Source: Heterodontus francisci (taxonomy: Eukaryota). Taken from it: 64,000 nt of DNA. The notes beneath the pieces are model-generated. The model worked only from the letters and a program-made list of their open reading frames with translations, had not been told where the DNA came from and ran no database searches. Below, in pieces: positions 24,001-33,689 of this stretch (its first letter is position 1; each line of letters opens with the position of its first letter). Position numbers and translations under genes: made by a program. Where the stretch lies: the NCBI RefSeq assembly GCF_036365525.1, contig NC_090381.1, positions 53,473,401 through 53,537,400 of the forward strand, in the 5' to 3' direction.

Positions 24001-27000
24001 CCCTCCGAGTCTTTCTCGCCCTGCCCCTCCGAGTCTTTCTCGCCCTGCCCCTCCGAGTCTTTCTCGCCCTGCCCCTCCGAGTCTTTCTCGCCCTGCCCCT
24101 CCGAGTCTTTCTCGCCCTGCCCCTCCGAGTCTTTCTCGCCCTGCCCCTCCGAGTCTTTCTCGCCCTGCCCCTCCGAGTCTTTCTCGCCCTGCCCCTCCGA
24201 GTCTTTCTCGCCCTGCCCCTCCGAGTCTTTCTCGCCCTGCCCCTCCGAGTCTTTCTCGCCCTGCCCCTCCGAGTCTTTCTCGCCCTGCCCCTCCGAGTCT
24301 TTCTCGCCCTGCCCCTCCGAGTCTTTCTCGCCCTGCCCCTCCGAGTCTTTCTCGCCCTGCCCCTCCGAGTCTTTCTCGCCCTGCCCCTCCGAGTCTTTCT
24401 CGCCCTGCCCCTCCGAGTCTTTCTCGCCCTGCCCCTCCGAGTCTTTCTCGCCCTGCCCCTCCGAGTCTTTCTCGCCCTGCCCCTCCGAGTCTTTCTCGCC
24501 CTGCCCCTCCGAGTCTTTCTCGCCCTGCCCCTCCGAGTCTTTCTCGCCCTGCCCCTCCGAGTCTTTCTCGCCCTGCCCCTCCGAGTCTTTCTCGCCCTGC
24601 CCCTCCGAGTCTTTCTCGCCCTGCCCCTCCGAGTCTTTCTCGCCCTGCCCCTCCGAGTCTTTCTCGCCCTGCCCCTCCGAGTCTTTCTCGCCCTGCCCCT
24701 CCGAGTCTTTCTCGCCCTGCCCCTCCGAGTCTTTCTCGCCCTGCCCCTCCGAGTCTTTCTCGCCCTGCCCCTCCGAGTCTTTCTCGCCCTGCCCCTCCGA
24801 GTCTTTCTCGCCCTGCCCCTCCGAGTCTTTCTCGCCCTGCCCCTCCGAGTCTTTCTCGCCCTGCCCCTCCGAGTCTTTCTCGCCCTGCCCCTCCGAGTCT
24901 TTCTCGCCCTGCCCCTCCGAGTCTTTCTCGCCCTGCCCCTCCGAGTCTTTCTCGCCCTGCCCCTCCGAGTCTTTCTCGCCCTGCCCCTCCGAGTCTTTCT
25001 CGCCCTGCCCCTCCGAGTCTTTCTCGCCCTGCCCCTCCGAGTCTTTCTCGCCCTGCCCCTCCGAGTCTTTCTCGCCCTGCCCCTCCGAGTCTTTCTCGCC
25101 CTGCCCCTCCGAGTCTTTCTCGCCCTGCCCCTCCGAGTCTTTCTCGCCCTGCCCCTCCGAGTCTTTCTCGCCCTGCCCCTCCGAGTCTTTCTCGCCCTGC
25201 CCCTCCGAGTCTTTCTCGCCCTGCCCCTCCGAGTCTTTCTCGCCCTGCCCCTCCGAGTCTTTCTCGCCCTGCCCCTCCGAGTCTTTCTCGCCCTGCCCCT
25301 CCGAGTCTTTCTCGCCCTGCCCCTCCGAGTCTTTCTCGCCCTGCCCCTCCGAGTCTTTCTCGCCCTGCCCCTCCGAGTCTTTCTCGCCCTGCCCCTCCGA
25401 GTCTTTCTCGCCCTGCCCCTCCGAGTCTTTCTCGCCCTGCCCCTCCGAGTCTTTCTCGCCCTGCCCCTCCGAGTCTTTCTCGCCCTGCCCCTCCGAGTCT
25501 TTCTCGCCCTGCCCCTCCGAGTCTTTCTCGCCCTGCCCCTCCGAGTCTTTCTCGCCCTGCCCCTCCGAGTCTTTCTCGCCCTGCCCCTCCGAGTCTTTCT
25601 CGCCCTGCCCCTCCGAGTCTTTCTCGCCCTGCCCCTCCGAGTCTTTCTCGCCCTGCCCCTCCGAGTCTTTCTCGCCCTGCCCCTCCGAGTCTTTCTCGCC
25701 CTGCCCCTCCGAGTCTTTCTCGCCCTGCCCCTCCGAGTCTTTCTCGCCCTGCCCCTCCGAGTCTTTCTCGCCCTGCCCCTCCGAGTCTTTCTCGCCCTGC
25801 CCCTCCGAGTCTTTCTCGCCCTGCCCCTCCGAGTCTTTCTCGCCCTGCCCCTCCGAGTCTTTCTCGCCCTGCCCCTCCGAGTCTTTCTCGCCCTGCCCCT
25901 CCGAGTCTTTCTCGCCCTGCCCCTCCGAGTCTTTCTCGCCCTGCCCCTCCGAGTCTTTCTCGCCCTGCCCCTCCGAGTCTTTCTCGCCCTGCCCCTCCGA
26001 GTCTTTCTCGCCCTGCCCCTCCGAGTCTTTCTCGCCCTGCCCCTCCGAGTCTTTCTCGCCCTGCCCCTCCGAGTCTTTCTCGCCCTGCCCCTCCGAGTCT
26101 TTCTCGCCCTGCCCCTCCGAGTCTTTCTCGCCCTGCCCCTCCGAGTCTTTCTCGCCCTGCCCCTCCGAGTCTTTCTCGCCCTGCCCCTCCGAGTCTTTCT
26201 CGCCCTGCCCCTCCGAGTCTTTCTCGCCCTGCCCCTCCGAGTCTTTCTCGCCCTGCCCCTCCGAGTCTTTCTCGCCCTGCCCCTCCGAGTCTTTCTCGCC
26301 CTGCCCCTCCGAGTCTTTCTCGCCCTGCCCCTCCGAGTCTTTCTCGCCCTGCCCCTCCGAGTCTTTCTCGCCCTGCCCCTCCGAGTCTTTCTCGCCCTGC
26401 CCCTCCGAGTCTTTCTCGCCCTGCCCCTCCGAGTCTTTCTCGCCCTGCCCCTCCGAGTCTTTCTCGCCCTGCCCCTCCGAGTCTTTCTCGCCCTGCCCCT
26501 CCGAGTCTTTCTCGCCCTGCCCCTCCGAGTCTTTCTCGCCCTGCCCCTCCGAGTCTTTCTCGCCCTGCCCCTCCGAGTCTTTCTCGCCCTGCCCCTCCGA
26601 GTCTTTCTCGCCCTGCCCCTCCGAGTCTTTCTCGCCCTGCCCCTCCGAGTCTTTCTCGCCCTGCCCCTCCGAGTCTTTCTCGCCCTGCCCCTCCGAGTCT
26701 TTCTCGCCCTGCCCCTCCGAGTCTTTCTCGCCCTGCCCCTCCGAGTCTTTCTCGCCCTGCCCCTCCGAGTCTTTCTCGCCCTGCCCCTCCGAGTCTTTCT
26801 CGCCCTGCCCCTCCGAGTCTTTCTCGCCCTGCCCCTCCGAGTCTTTCTCGCCCTGCCCCTCCGAGTCTTTCTCGCCCTGCCCCTCCGAGTCTTTCTCGCC
26901 CTGCCCCTCCGAGTCTTTCTCGCCCTGCCCCTCCGAGTCTTTCTCGCCCTGCCCCTCCGAGTCTTTCTCGCCCTGCCCCTCCGAGTCTTTCTCGCCCTGC

Positions 27001-28836
27001 CCCTCCGAGTCTTTCTCGCCCTGCCCCTCCGAGTCTTTCTCGCCCTGCCCCTCCGAGTCTTTCTCGCCCTGCCCCTCCGAGTCTTTCTCGCCCTGCCCCT
27101 CCGAGTCTTTCTCGCCCTGCCCCTCCGAGTCTTTCTCGCCCTGCCCCTCCGAGTCTTTCTCGCCCTGCCCCTCCGAGTCTTTCTCGCCCTGCCCCTCCGA
27201 GTCTTTCTCGCCCTGCCCCTCCGAGTCTTTCTCGCCCTGCCCCTCCGAGTCTTTCTCGCCCTGCCCCTCCGAGTCTTTCTCGCCCTGCCCCTCCGAGTCT
27301 TTCTCGCCCTGCCCCTCCGAGTCTTTCTCGCCCTGCCCCTCCGAGTCTTTCTCGCCCTGCCCCTCCGAGTCTTTCTCGCCCTGCCCCTCCGAGTCTTTCT
27401 CGCCCTGCCCCTCCGAGTCTTTCTCGCCCTGCCCCTCCGAGTCTTTCTCGCCCTGCCCCTCCGAGTCTTTCTCGCCCTGCCCCTCCGAGTCTTTCTCGCC
27501 CTGCCCCTCCGAGTCTTTCTCGCCCTGCCCCTCCGAGTCTTTCTCGCCCTGCCCCTCCGAGTCTTTCTCGCCCTGCCCCTCCGAGTCTTTCTCGCCCTGC
27601 CCCTCCGAGTCTTTCTCGCCCTGCCCCTCCGAGTCTTTCTCGCCCTGCCCCTCCGAGTCTTTCTCGCCCTGCCCCTCCGAGTCTTTCTCGCCCTGCCCCT
27701 CCGAGTCTTTCTCGCCCTGCCCCTCCGAGTCTTTCTCGCCCTGCCCCTCCGAGTCTTTCTCGCCCTGCCCCTCCGAGTCTTTCTCGCCCTGCCCCTCCGA
27801 GTCTTTCTCGCCCTGCCCCTCCGAGTCTTTCTCGCCCTGCCCCTCCGAGTCTTTCTCGCCCTGCCCCTCCGAGTCTTTCTCGCCCTGCCCCTCCGAGTCT
27901 TTCTCGCCCTGCCCCTCCGAGTCTTTCTCGCCCTGCCCCTCCGAGTCTTTCTCGCCCTGCCCCTCCGAGTCTTTCTCGCCCTGCCCCTCCGAGTCTTTCT
28001 CGCCCTGCCCCTCCGAGTCTTTCTCGCCCTGCCCCTCCGAGTCTTTCTCGCCCTGCCCCTCCGAGTCTTTCTCGCCCTGCCCCTCCGAGTCTTTCTCGCC
28101 CTGCCCCTCCGAGTCTTTCTCGCCCTGCCCCTCCGAGTCTTTCTCGCCCTGCCCCTCCGAGTCTTTCTCGCCCTGCCCCTCCGAGTCTTTCTCGCCCTGC
28201 CCCTCCGAGTCTTTCTCGCCCTGCCCCTCCGAGTCTTTCTCGCCCTGCCCCTCCGAGTCTTTCTCGCCCTGCCCCTCCGAGTCTTTCTCGCCCTGCCCCT
28301 CCGAGTCTTTCTCGCCCTGCCCCTCCGAGTCTTTCTCGCCCTGCCCCTCCGAGTCTTTCTCGCCCTGCCCCTCCGAGTCTTTCTCGCCCTGCCCCTCCGA
28401 GTCTTTCTCGCCCTGCCCCTCCGAGTCTTTCTCGCCCTGCCCCTCCGAGTCTTTCTCGCCCTGCCCCTCCGAGTCTTTCTCGCCCTGCCCCTCCGAGTCT
28501 TTCTCGCCCTGCCCCTCCGAGTCTTTCTCGCCCTGCCCCTCCGAGTCTTTCTCGCCCTGCCCCTCCGAGTCTTTCTCGCCCTGCCCCTCCGAGTCTTTCC
28601 CGCCCTGCCCCTCCGAGTCTTTCCCGCCCTGCCCCTCCGAGTCTTTCCCGCCCTGCCCCTCCGAGTCTTTCCCGCCCTGCCGCCCCTTCGAGTCTTTCCC
28701 GCCCTGCCGCCCCTTCGAGTCTTCCAAATTCTGACACTTTAGAAATACTTTCAGATGGAGAAGGTAAGCAAAAGTATTTCACAGTCAGAGATTGTTTGGG
28801 GTGCCACATCACCCACATAGAGCAAGTGATTGTTTC
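21019..28836 (-). CDS. Latexin/RARRES1-family gene, terminal exon (exon 6 equivalent) extended by ~320 octapeptide repeats
   Basis: Acceptor ttctctgccctgaacag|GAA, phase 0; [23 protein letters not shown] resembles LXN EIIPWQMQVLWHPQ..KVK and RARRES1 EIIPC....WYPGKPLKVKYHC; frame stays open through (GRERLGGA)n to ...[11 protein letters not shown] stop (2605 aa). Confidence 0.75.
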   Translation of the reverse strand, partial: ETITCSMWVMWHPKQSLTVKYFCLPSPSESISKVSEFGRLEGAAGRERLEGAAGRERLGGAGRERLGGAGRERLGGAGRERLGGAGRERLGGAGRERLGGAGRERLGGAGRERLGGAGRERLGGAGRERLGGAGRERLGGAGRERLGGAGRERLGGAGRERLGGAGRERLGGAGRERLGGAGRERLGGAGRERLGGAGRERLGGAGRERLGGAGRERLGGAGRERLGGAGRERLGGAGRERLGGAGRERLGGAGRERLGGAGRERLGGAGRERLGGAGRERLGGAGRERLGGAGRERLGGAGRERLGGAGRERLGGAGRERLGGAGRERLGGAGRERLGGAGRERLGGAGRERLGGAGRERLGGAGRERLGGAGRERLGGAGRERLGGAGRERLGGAGRERLGGAGRERLGGAGRERLGGAGRERLGGAGRERLGGAGRERLGGAGRERLGGAGRERLGGAGRERLGGAGRERLGGAGRERLGGAGRERLGGAGRERLGGAGRERLGGAGRERLGGAGRERLGGAGRERLGGAGRERLGGAGRERLGGAGRERLGGAGRERLGGAGRERLGGAGRERLGGAGRERLGGAGRERLGGAGRERLGGAGRERLGGAGRERLGGAGRERLGGAGRERLGGAGRERLGGAGRERLGGAGRERLGGAGRERLGGAGRERLGGAGRERLGGAGRERLGGAGRERLGGAGRERLGGAGRERLGGAGRERLGGAGRERLGGAGRERLGGAGRERLGGAGRERLGGAGRERLGGAGRERLGGAGRERLGGAGRERLGGAGRERLGGAGRERLGGAGRERLGGAGRERLGGAGRERLGGAGRERLGGAGRERLGGAGRERLGGAGRERLGGAGRERLGGAGRERLGGAGRERLGGAGRERLGGAGRERLGGAGRERLGGAGRERLGGAGRERLGGAGRERLGGAGRERLGGAGRERLGGAGRERLGGAGRERLGGAGRERLGGAGRERLGGAGRERLGGAGRERLGGAGRERLGGAGRERLGGAGRERLGGAGRERLGGAGRERLGGAGRERLGGAGRERLGGAGRERLGGAGRERLGGAGRERLGGAGRERLGGAGRERLGGAGRERLGGAGRERLGGAGRERLGGAGRERLGGAGRERLGGAGRERLGGAGRERLGGAGRERLGGAGRERLGGAGRERLGGAGRERLGGAGRERLGGAGRERLGGAGRERLGGAGRERLGGAGRERLGGAGRERLGGAGRERLGGAGRERLGGAGRERLGGAGRERLGGAGRERLGGAGRERLGGAGRERLGGAGRERLGGAGRERLGGAGRERLGGAGRERLGGAGRERLGGAGRERLGGAGRERLGGAGRERLGGAGRERLGGAGRERLGGAGRERLGGAGRERLGGAGRERLGGAGRERLGGAGRERLGGAGRERLGGAGRERLGGAGRERLGGAGRERLGGAGRERLGGAGRERLGGAGRERLGGAGRERLGGAGRERLGGAGRERLGGAGRERLGGAGRERLGGAGRERLGGAGRERLGGAGRERLGGAGRERLGGAGRERLGGAGRERLGGAGRERLGGAGRERLGGAGRERLGGAGRERLGGAGRERLGGAGRERLGGAGRERLGGAGRERLGGAGRERLGGAGRERLGGAGRERLGGAGRERLGGAGRERLGGAGRERLGGAGRERLGGAGRERLGGAGRERLGGAGRERLGGAGRERLGGAGRERLGGAGRERLGGAGRERLGGAGRERLGGAGRERLGGAGRERLGGAGRERLGGAGRERLGGAGRERLGGAGRERLGGAGRERLGGAGRERLGGAGRERLGGAGRERLGGAGRERLGGAGRERLGGAGRERLGGAGRERLGGAGRERLGGAGRERLGGAGRERLGGAGRERLGGAGRERLGGAGRERLGGAGRERLGGAGRERLGGAGRERLGGAGRERLGGAGRERLGGAGRERLGGAGRERLGGAGRERLGGAGRERLGGAGRERLGGAGRERLGGAGRERLGGAGRERLGGAGRERLGGAGRERLGGAGRERLGGAGRERLGGAGRERLGGAGRERLGGAGRERLGGAGRERLGGAGRERLGGAGRERLGGAGRERLGGAGRERLGGAGRERLGGAGRERLGGAGRERLGGAGRERLGGAGRERLGGAGRERLGGAGRERLGGAGRERLGGAGRERLGGAGRERLGGAGRERLGGAGRERLGGAGRERLGGAGRERLGGAGRERLGGAGRERLGGAGRERLGGAGRERLGGAGRERLGGAGRERLGGAGRERLGGAGRERLGGAGRERLGGAGRERLGGAGRERLGGAGRERLGGAGRERLGGAGRERLGGAGRERLGGAGRERLGGAGRERLGGAGRERLGGAGRERLGGAGRERLGGAGRERLGGAGRERLGGAGRERLGGAGRERLGGAGRERLGGAGRERLGGAGRERLGGAGRERLGGAGRERLGGAGRERLGGAGRERLGGAGRERLGGAGRERLGGAGRERLGGAGRERLGGAGRERLGGAGRERLGGAGRERLEGAGSERLEGAGSERLEGAGSERLEGAGSERLEGSGSERLEGSGSQRLEGAGSQRLEGAGSQRLEGAGSQRLEGAGSERLEGAGSQRFEGSAMERFPMN
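21046..28722. repeat. 24-bp tandem repeat, ~320 units; unit ccctgcccctccgagtctttctcg
   Basis: 302 identical copies at 21331-28578, ~12 divergent units at the left end, and four single-substitution units plus two 27-bp units at the right end. Confidence 0.98.
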
Positions 28837-28955
28837 CTGTTCAGGGCAGAGAAATTAGCATTACTTGTATGTAATTAATGTGCTGGCAATGATCATTGTG
28901 AAAGGAATTTGAGCAGTCTCTGTAGATAATTAGTTAATTTATTTGATTAATTTAC

Positions 28956-29018
28956 CTGGGTTGGCAACTCATGAAGATGAACAATGTAGTTAAATTGAAG
29001 AAATTTGTCTGTCCTTAT
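28956..29018 (-). CDS. Latexin/RARRES1-family gene, exon 5 equivalent
   Basis: ctttttccag|ATA...CAG|gtaaat, 63 nt, phase 0-0; IRTDKFLQFNYIVHLHELPTQ resembles LXN [21 protein letters not shown] and RARRES1 ...FDYTVLLHELSTQ. Confidence 0.88.
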
Positions 29019-29110
29019 CTGGAAAAAGAGTTGTTTAGTTATTAAAACATTTGATGAAAATGCCACAATAAAGATATATGCAGTGGCTAGAAGATATTTT
29101 AATTTCTTAC

Positions 29111-29247
29111 CAATTGGTTAACTTTCTGTATTCGAGCCATGTTATACTTCAAGACTTCAGTGGATTTTTTCCAAATGATGGAGCTGGCACGATATTTTGC
29201 CAGGAGCCAGATGGGCATCATTCTGGGGTCTACAAATCCAAAATTAT
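29111..29247 (-). CDS. Latexin/RARRES1-family gene, exon 4 equivalent
   Basis: tcag|AT AAT...CAA TTG|gtaaga, 137 nt, phase 1-0; DNFGFVDPRMMPIWLLAKYRASSIIWKKSTEVLKYNMARIQKVNQL resembles LXN DNFGNVSPEM...[23 protein letters not shown]. Confidence 0.9.
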
Positions 29248-29387
29248 CTGATATGCAGGGAGAAAAAGAAGGATGTTTTTGATAAAATAAAATTTGGAAT
29301 TCAGGTTAAGTATTCTTGAATATTTTCTCATACTAAAAATCAGCTTGATAACTAATTGAACTGTTAAGTGACGAGGATAACTGAAAC

Positions 29388-29439
29388 CGGATTTTTTTTT
29401 CTTGTGGAAGAGTACATTCGCTGTACAGATGCCAGTAAC
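29388..29439 (-). CDS. Latexin/RARRES1-family gene, truncated exon 3 equivalent (donor uncertain)
   Basis: caccacag|GTT; VTGICTANVLFHKKKKS resembles LXN VNCTAEVLY; a weak donor G|gtttca gives 52 nt in phase 1, compatible with exon 4. Confidence 0.6.
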
Positions 29440-29713
29440 CTGTGGTGAGAAATAATTATGGTTATCTTGACTTTAGTTCTTTGAAGATTGGAGCACTTGT
29501 ATTAGTTGCAGCGTGTTTATTCACTTGAGGCAAGGGTAACTAGCCATTTTAGTTCAGTTACTTGTGTTTAAATGGACATTGAAAGAAATGGTAATTCTGT
29601 CACTTAATCCTGTTGCCAGAAACAAATTATCAAAAGAAGAAGATATTTTCAAAAAGTTTATTTGTGAGTTTTTTGGACAGTGAATGTTACATGTGAGGTA
29701 TAATTCTACTTAC

Positions 29714-29782
29714 ATTTGAAGAGCTTTCTTCATTTTTGACTTCAAATTCTAGGTGGTACTTGTGTCCTATATTCGAAAGCAC
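29714..29782 (-). CDS. Latexin/RARRES1-family gene, exon 2 equivalent
   Basis: ttttctctccag|GTG...AAT|gtaagt, 69 nt, phase 0-0; VLSNIGHKYHLEFEVKNEESSSN resembles LXN DIPGRGHKYHLKFAVEE. Confidence 0.88.
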
Positions 29783-29845
29783 CTGGAGAGAAAAATATTT
29801 TGCCAGTGTACGCTTATGTTGTGAAGTCAATCTTGATACTAACAT

Positions 29846-30452
29846 AGCAGTGGAAGCCTTACCCATGCGCTTGTTGATTTCTGCATCTAGAGACAGGTTA
29901 CTGGTGATAATTGAGCCTAGGTAGGGGAACTCTTGAACCACTTCCAGAGCGTGGTCGCCAATATTGATGGCTGGAGCATTTCTGACGTCCTGCCCCATGA
30001 TGTTCGTTTTCTTGAGGCTGATGGTTAGGCCAAATTCATTGCAGGCAGCCGCAAACTTGTCGATGAGACTCTGCAGGCATTCTTCAGTGTGAGATGTTAA
30101 AGCAGCATCGTCAGCAAAGAGGAGTTCTCTGATGAGGACTTTCCGTACTTTGGACTTCGCTCTTAGACGGGCAAGGTTGAACAACCTGCCCCCTGATCTT
30201 GTGTGGAGCAAAATTCCTTCTTCAGAGGATTTGAACGCATGTGAAAGCAGCAGGGAGAAGAAAATCCCAAAAAGTGTGGGTGCGAGAACACAGCCCTGTT
30301 TCACACCACTCAGGATAGGAAAGGGCTCTGATGAGGAGCCACCATGTTGAATTGTGCCTTTCATATTGTCATGGAATGAGGTGATGATACTTAGTAGCTT
30401 TGGTGGACATCCGATCTTTTCTAGTAGTCTGAAGAGACCACGTCTGCTGACG
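29846..30452 (-). mobile_element. RTE-clade (BovB-like) LINE RT fragment
   Basis: GVKQGCVLAPTLF, LFADDAAL, FGLTISLKKT, YLGS motifs. Confidence 0.85.
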
Positions 30453-31423
30453 TTATGTATTCAAGTAATAAATGCTCATGTTCCATGGACTTTGTTATGG
30501 TCTCAAATGTCTGCTTCCAACACACTTGCAGTTCAGCTTTTAATCCGGACCTAACTTCACTGCATTTGGTTAATATGCTCTGGAATGAAATGCTGACTTC
30601 ATTCAGTTAATCTTGCTTTTGACAAAAGAAAACAGTGATTTGCTCTAACTTTTGAACTTGAATCAAAGTTCATGTTCAGAGTCTGAAAGCTATGAAGTGC
30701 TTTTCCGCGTTAATTTATTAGTAATGAGAAGAAGGAATATTATTTTGTGACCATGTTAATTTCCACCACCTTCAGCTTACTAATTACACAGGATAATAGT
30801 AATATAATTATATAATAATATAAGCAAATTGTTGCAATTTTATCATTTTTCCGAGACCTTTTGCCATGTATGTTCAGTGTAGTGAGTAAAGAGGACCATT
30901 TTACAATACTTATCAAAAATCTTGATGTTTAGCTAATATTTCAAGGAACTGATGTAACTATCCAATATTCCTGTTTTGTGCTAGTTTAGAAATGCAAAAC
31001 TAATTTCAAATAGAAATCATTAGACTTGCTAATATGTCGAAAACTACAGAATTAGTCAAATTGGGAAAAATAGATCGCTTACAATGATTACAAGGCTGTG
31101 ATCTGATAGGTTTAGTGGACATTTTTATACCAAGAGTCCAGTGCTCTACCAATGTATCTGAAAGCTGAAAGTTATTGGAAGGTTTTATTTTGTGTGGGTC
31201 AGTTTATCTGTTGACTGATCCTTGGGTGGATGTTAGCAGGCATTGTGCTCCAAGTGAGTGAGTGATGGGCATCCACACTAAACAATTAAGTTTTATTTAA
31301 TTACTCTATATTGATCAAAAAATTTGCAGTTGATTGTTATGCAATTTGTTGTAACATGATTCTTTAAATTGCTCACCAAATAATTAGAAATATGTGGAGA
31401 TGAGCTATTGTATCAGGAACTAT

Positions 31424-32556
31424 GGGCTGGATTTTACAGACCACCTGACGTTGAGTTTTGTGGCGGGCTGTGCGGGAAAATGCCTCCGGGAGAGGGCCGG
31501 CACGCACCCCAATGCCAGGAGGGCCTGGCCCGATATTGCCGGTGGCGACGAGGCCTTGTGGTGGCCCCTCCACTGCTTGGTGACCGGACCCCCATTTGCA
31601 TATTCAAATAAATGTAAATGAATGCATTAATTATACTTACATCCCCTTCTAAGTTACCACTCTGATCTTCGGCCCAGTGGCCGGCCCTCCCGCGCCTTTG
31701 GCTCCCCGTCTCGGGAAACAAGGTGGAACACTTGTGGGGAATGGGGAGGAGGTAAGTTTCTCAGTGCGGGGGTGGGGGAATGGGGTCATTATTAGTTTAG
31801 GGGATGGTGGGAAGGGTTTGAGGTTAACCTTTATGCACCTTGGTGGGGGGGGGGGGGGTGGGGGGAAGGTCAGGTGACCAGATGTGTTTTGAGGGGAGAG
31901 GGCAAGTAATTAATTTAATTGTTATGGGGGGGTGGGGGGTGGTGGGAGAGAGGCAGAAGAAATGCCTTTATTTTTATTTCCTTGTGCTTTAAATATTTAC
32001 ATTTTACAGTAGGGTTCAAAGCCCTTTAAAAATGGCGCAGTGCCTGTACACAGGCAGCTGACGCCATTGACGAGGGCGGACAGCCGCTCTCTCCACATGA
32101 TTGGGATGGGGGTGGCTCGCCCTGGCTATTTAATTGAGCCACCATGCTTAGGGTTGTGGCGGCTCTACGACGTGCGGCCCACCATTGTTTTCGGTGGTGG
32201 GCGGCACAGTGGTGCAGTGGTTAGCACTGCAGCCTCACAGCTCCAGGGACCCGGGTTCGATTCCGGGTACTGCCTGTGTGGAGTTTGCAAGTTCTCCCTG
32301 TGTCTCTGTGGGTTTTCTCCGGGTGCTCCGGTTTCCTCCCACAAGCCAAAAGACTTGCAGGTTGACAGGTAAATTGGCCGTTATAAATTGTCACTAGTAT
32401 AGGTAGGTGGTAGGGCAATATAGGGACAGGTGGGGATGTTTGGTAGGAATATAGGATTAGTATAAATGGGTGGTTGATGTTCGGCACAGACTCGGTGGGC
32501 CGAAGGGCCTGTTTCAGTGCTGTATCTCTAATCTAATCTAATCTAAAATTCAGCTC
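31424..32556. mobile_element. Non-autonomous TIR element (MITE-like) with a SINE inserted near its right end
   Basis: Starts gggctggattttac and ends taaaattcagctc (imperfect inverted repeat); GC-rich non-coding interior. Confidence 0.55.
32199..32546 (+). mobile_element. tRNA-derived V-SINE (HE1-like)
   Basis: A box tggtgcagtgg, B box ggttcgattcc, V-domain gtgtggagtttgcaagttctccc...ggtttcctcccaca, CR1-type tail gggccgaagggcctgtttc and (ctaat)n. Confidence 0.85.
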
Positions 32557-33689
32557 TGTATCGTTGGACTGGAGCGCTTGGGTTCTAAATAGAAAACATG
32601 AGCCCTGTTAGCACAATAATATGCCAGTGGTCATGGACTAGAGCACTGTGCTTTTGATCTGGAGTTCTGAATTTGATTGGTCACATTGGGATTTCTCTTC
32701 AGATATTTGCTTATCTGAGCCAGCTGCATTGCAATATTGTGAAGGAAATAAGGAAAACTTACCGAGGAGTAATTCTTGTAATTAATGGTTGACTTTAGAA
32801 TACGAATTTCCACCTTTTATCTTAACCTTGATTCCAAATCAGCCATGATGTAAGGGAGATCCATGTTTTCAATTCTTTTCCTCCTCTTTTGCGACTCAGT
32901 AATCCTTTCTCGAATTCTTTTCCTGGTTGCATGGAGTGCTGGATCTGGACTCATCAGAGAAAGGGAATTTATTTTAATAAAGCAGCAAGTTAGCAAGCAA
33001 GTGACATGAAGACTGCATCTGTGCGCAGCAGTGCAAAGCATTGATTGAAATGTATATTTTAAAAGATTGCATCCCTCCTCTCTTTGTGTTGGTGAATCTT
33101 GATGGGATGCTGTTCCTTGCACCCTGGTCGGTCGCAAATACCTTGGAGAAGTGGCCATTTCTTTTGCATGAGCCCAGATAGTGAGTGGCAGCAGCTTATT
33201 TCACCATCATGGTTCTCACAACCAAACCCGATCAAGTATCTACGATACTAGGAAGTGGCTTTACTTATTAAGCCATTAAGGGAGCTGCACAACACTGTCT
33301 CAAGCACATGAATTTTAAAATAGAAACGGTTAACTTGCCAAAAACTGTTTACCACCGAGCAATTTAGAAACTCTGGCATTGCTGGAGTGTGAGCAGTTCC
33401 TGCTGGTTACCATAGAACAGACTGTTAATTGTTTAACGAAAGCAAAAGAAAAACTTATAACAGTAGTTGGTTGGACAAGGTCTATTCCGGTTTAAACCAT
33501 CCATGATAAACTTCTTGTTGATTGTAGTTTACAGAAAATAATAGAAGACAGTTTCTGGTGTTCTCACTGCATTTTCCCCAAATTCCAAGGAGTACTTGCT
33601 TTTCATTTCACTGTTTGCTTCTGGCAGTAATAGCCTGCCAAAAATTATTCTTCTCTGTTTCTTGACATTTCTTTGCAGACGAAGATTTT

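Noticed and set aside
21046-28722. Possible CRISPR array or telomeric/centromeric satellite
   Set aside because: There are no spacers, no cas genes and the context is vertebrate. The unit is not TTAGGG and it lies within an exon frame.
21008-28858. Giant + strand ORFs (SLSRPAPP)n and (VFLALPLR)n and the minus-strand ORF (GEKDSEGQ)n
   Set aside because: The 24-mer has no stop codon in any frame, so long ORFs are automatic. Only the GRERLGGA frame is continuous with a splice acceptor and a latexin-homologous peptide.
29687-30364. ORF fusing an RTE reverse transcriptase fragment to latexin exon 2
   Set aside because: The ORF reads through the polypyrimidine tract/acceptor and past the donor, which fits chance in-frame adjacency of an intronic LINE fragment rather than a fusion gene.
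32199-32270. tRNA gene (also near 46360 and 20020-20100)
   Set aside because: The A/B boxes are heads of repetitive elements; there is no complete cloverleaf or terminator.
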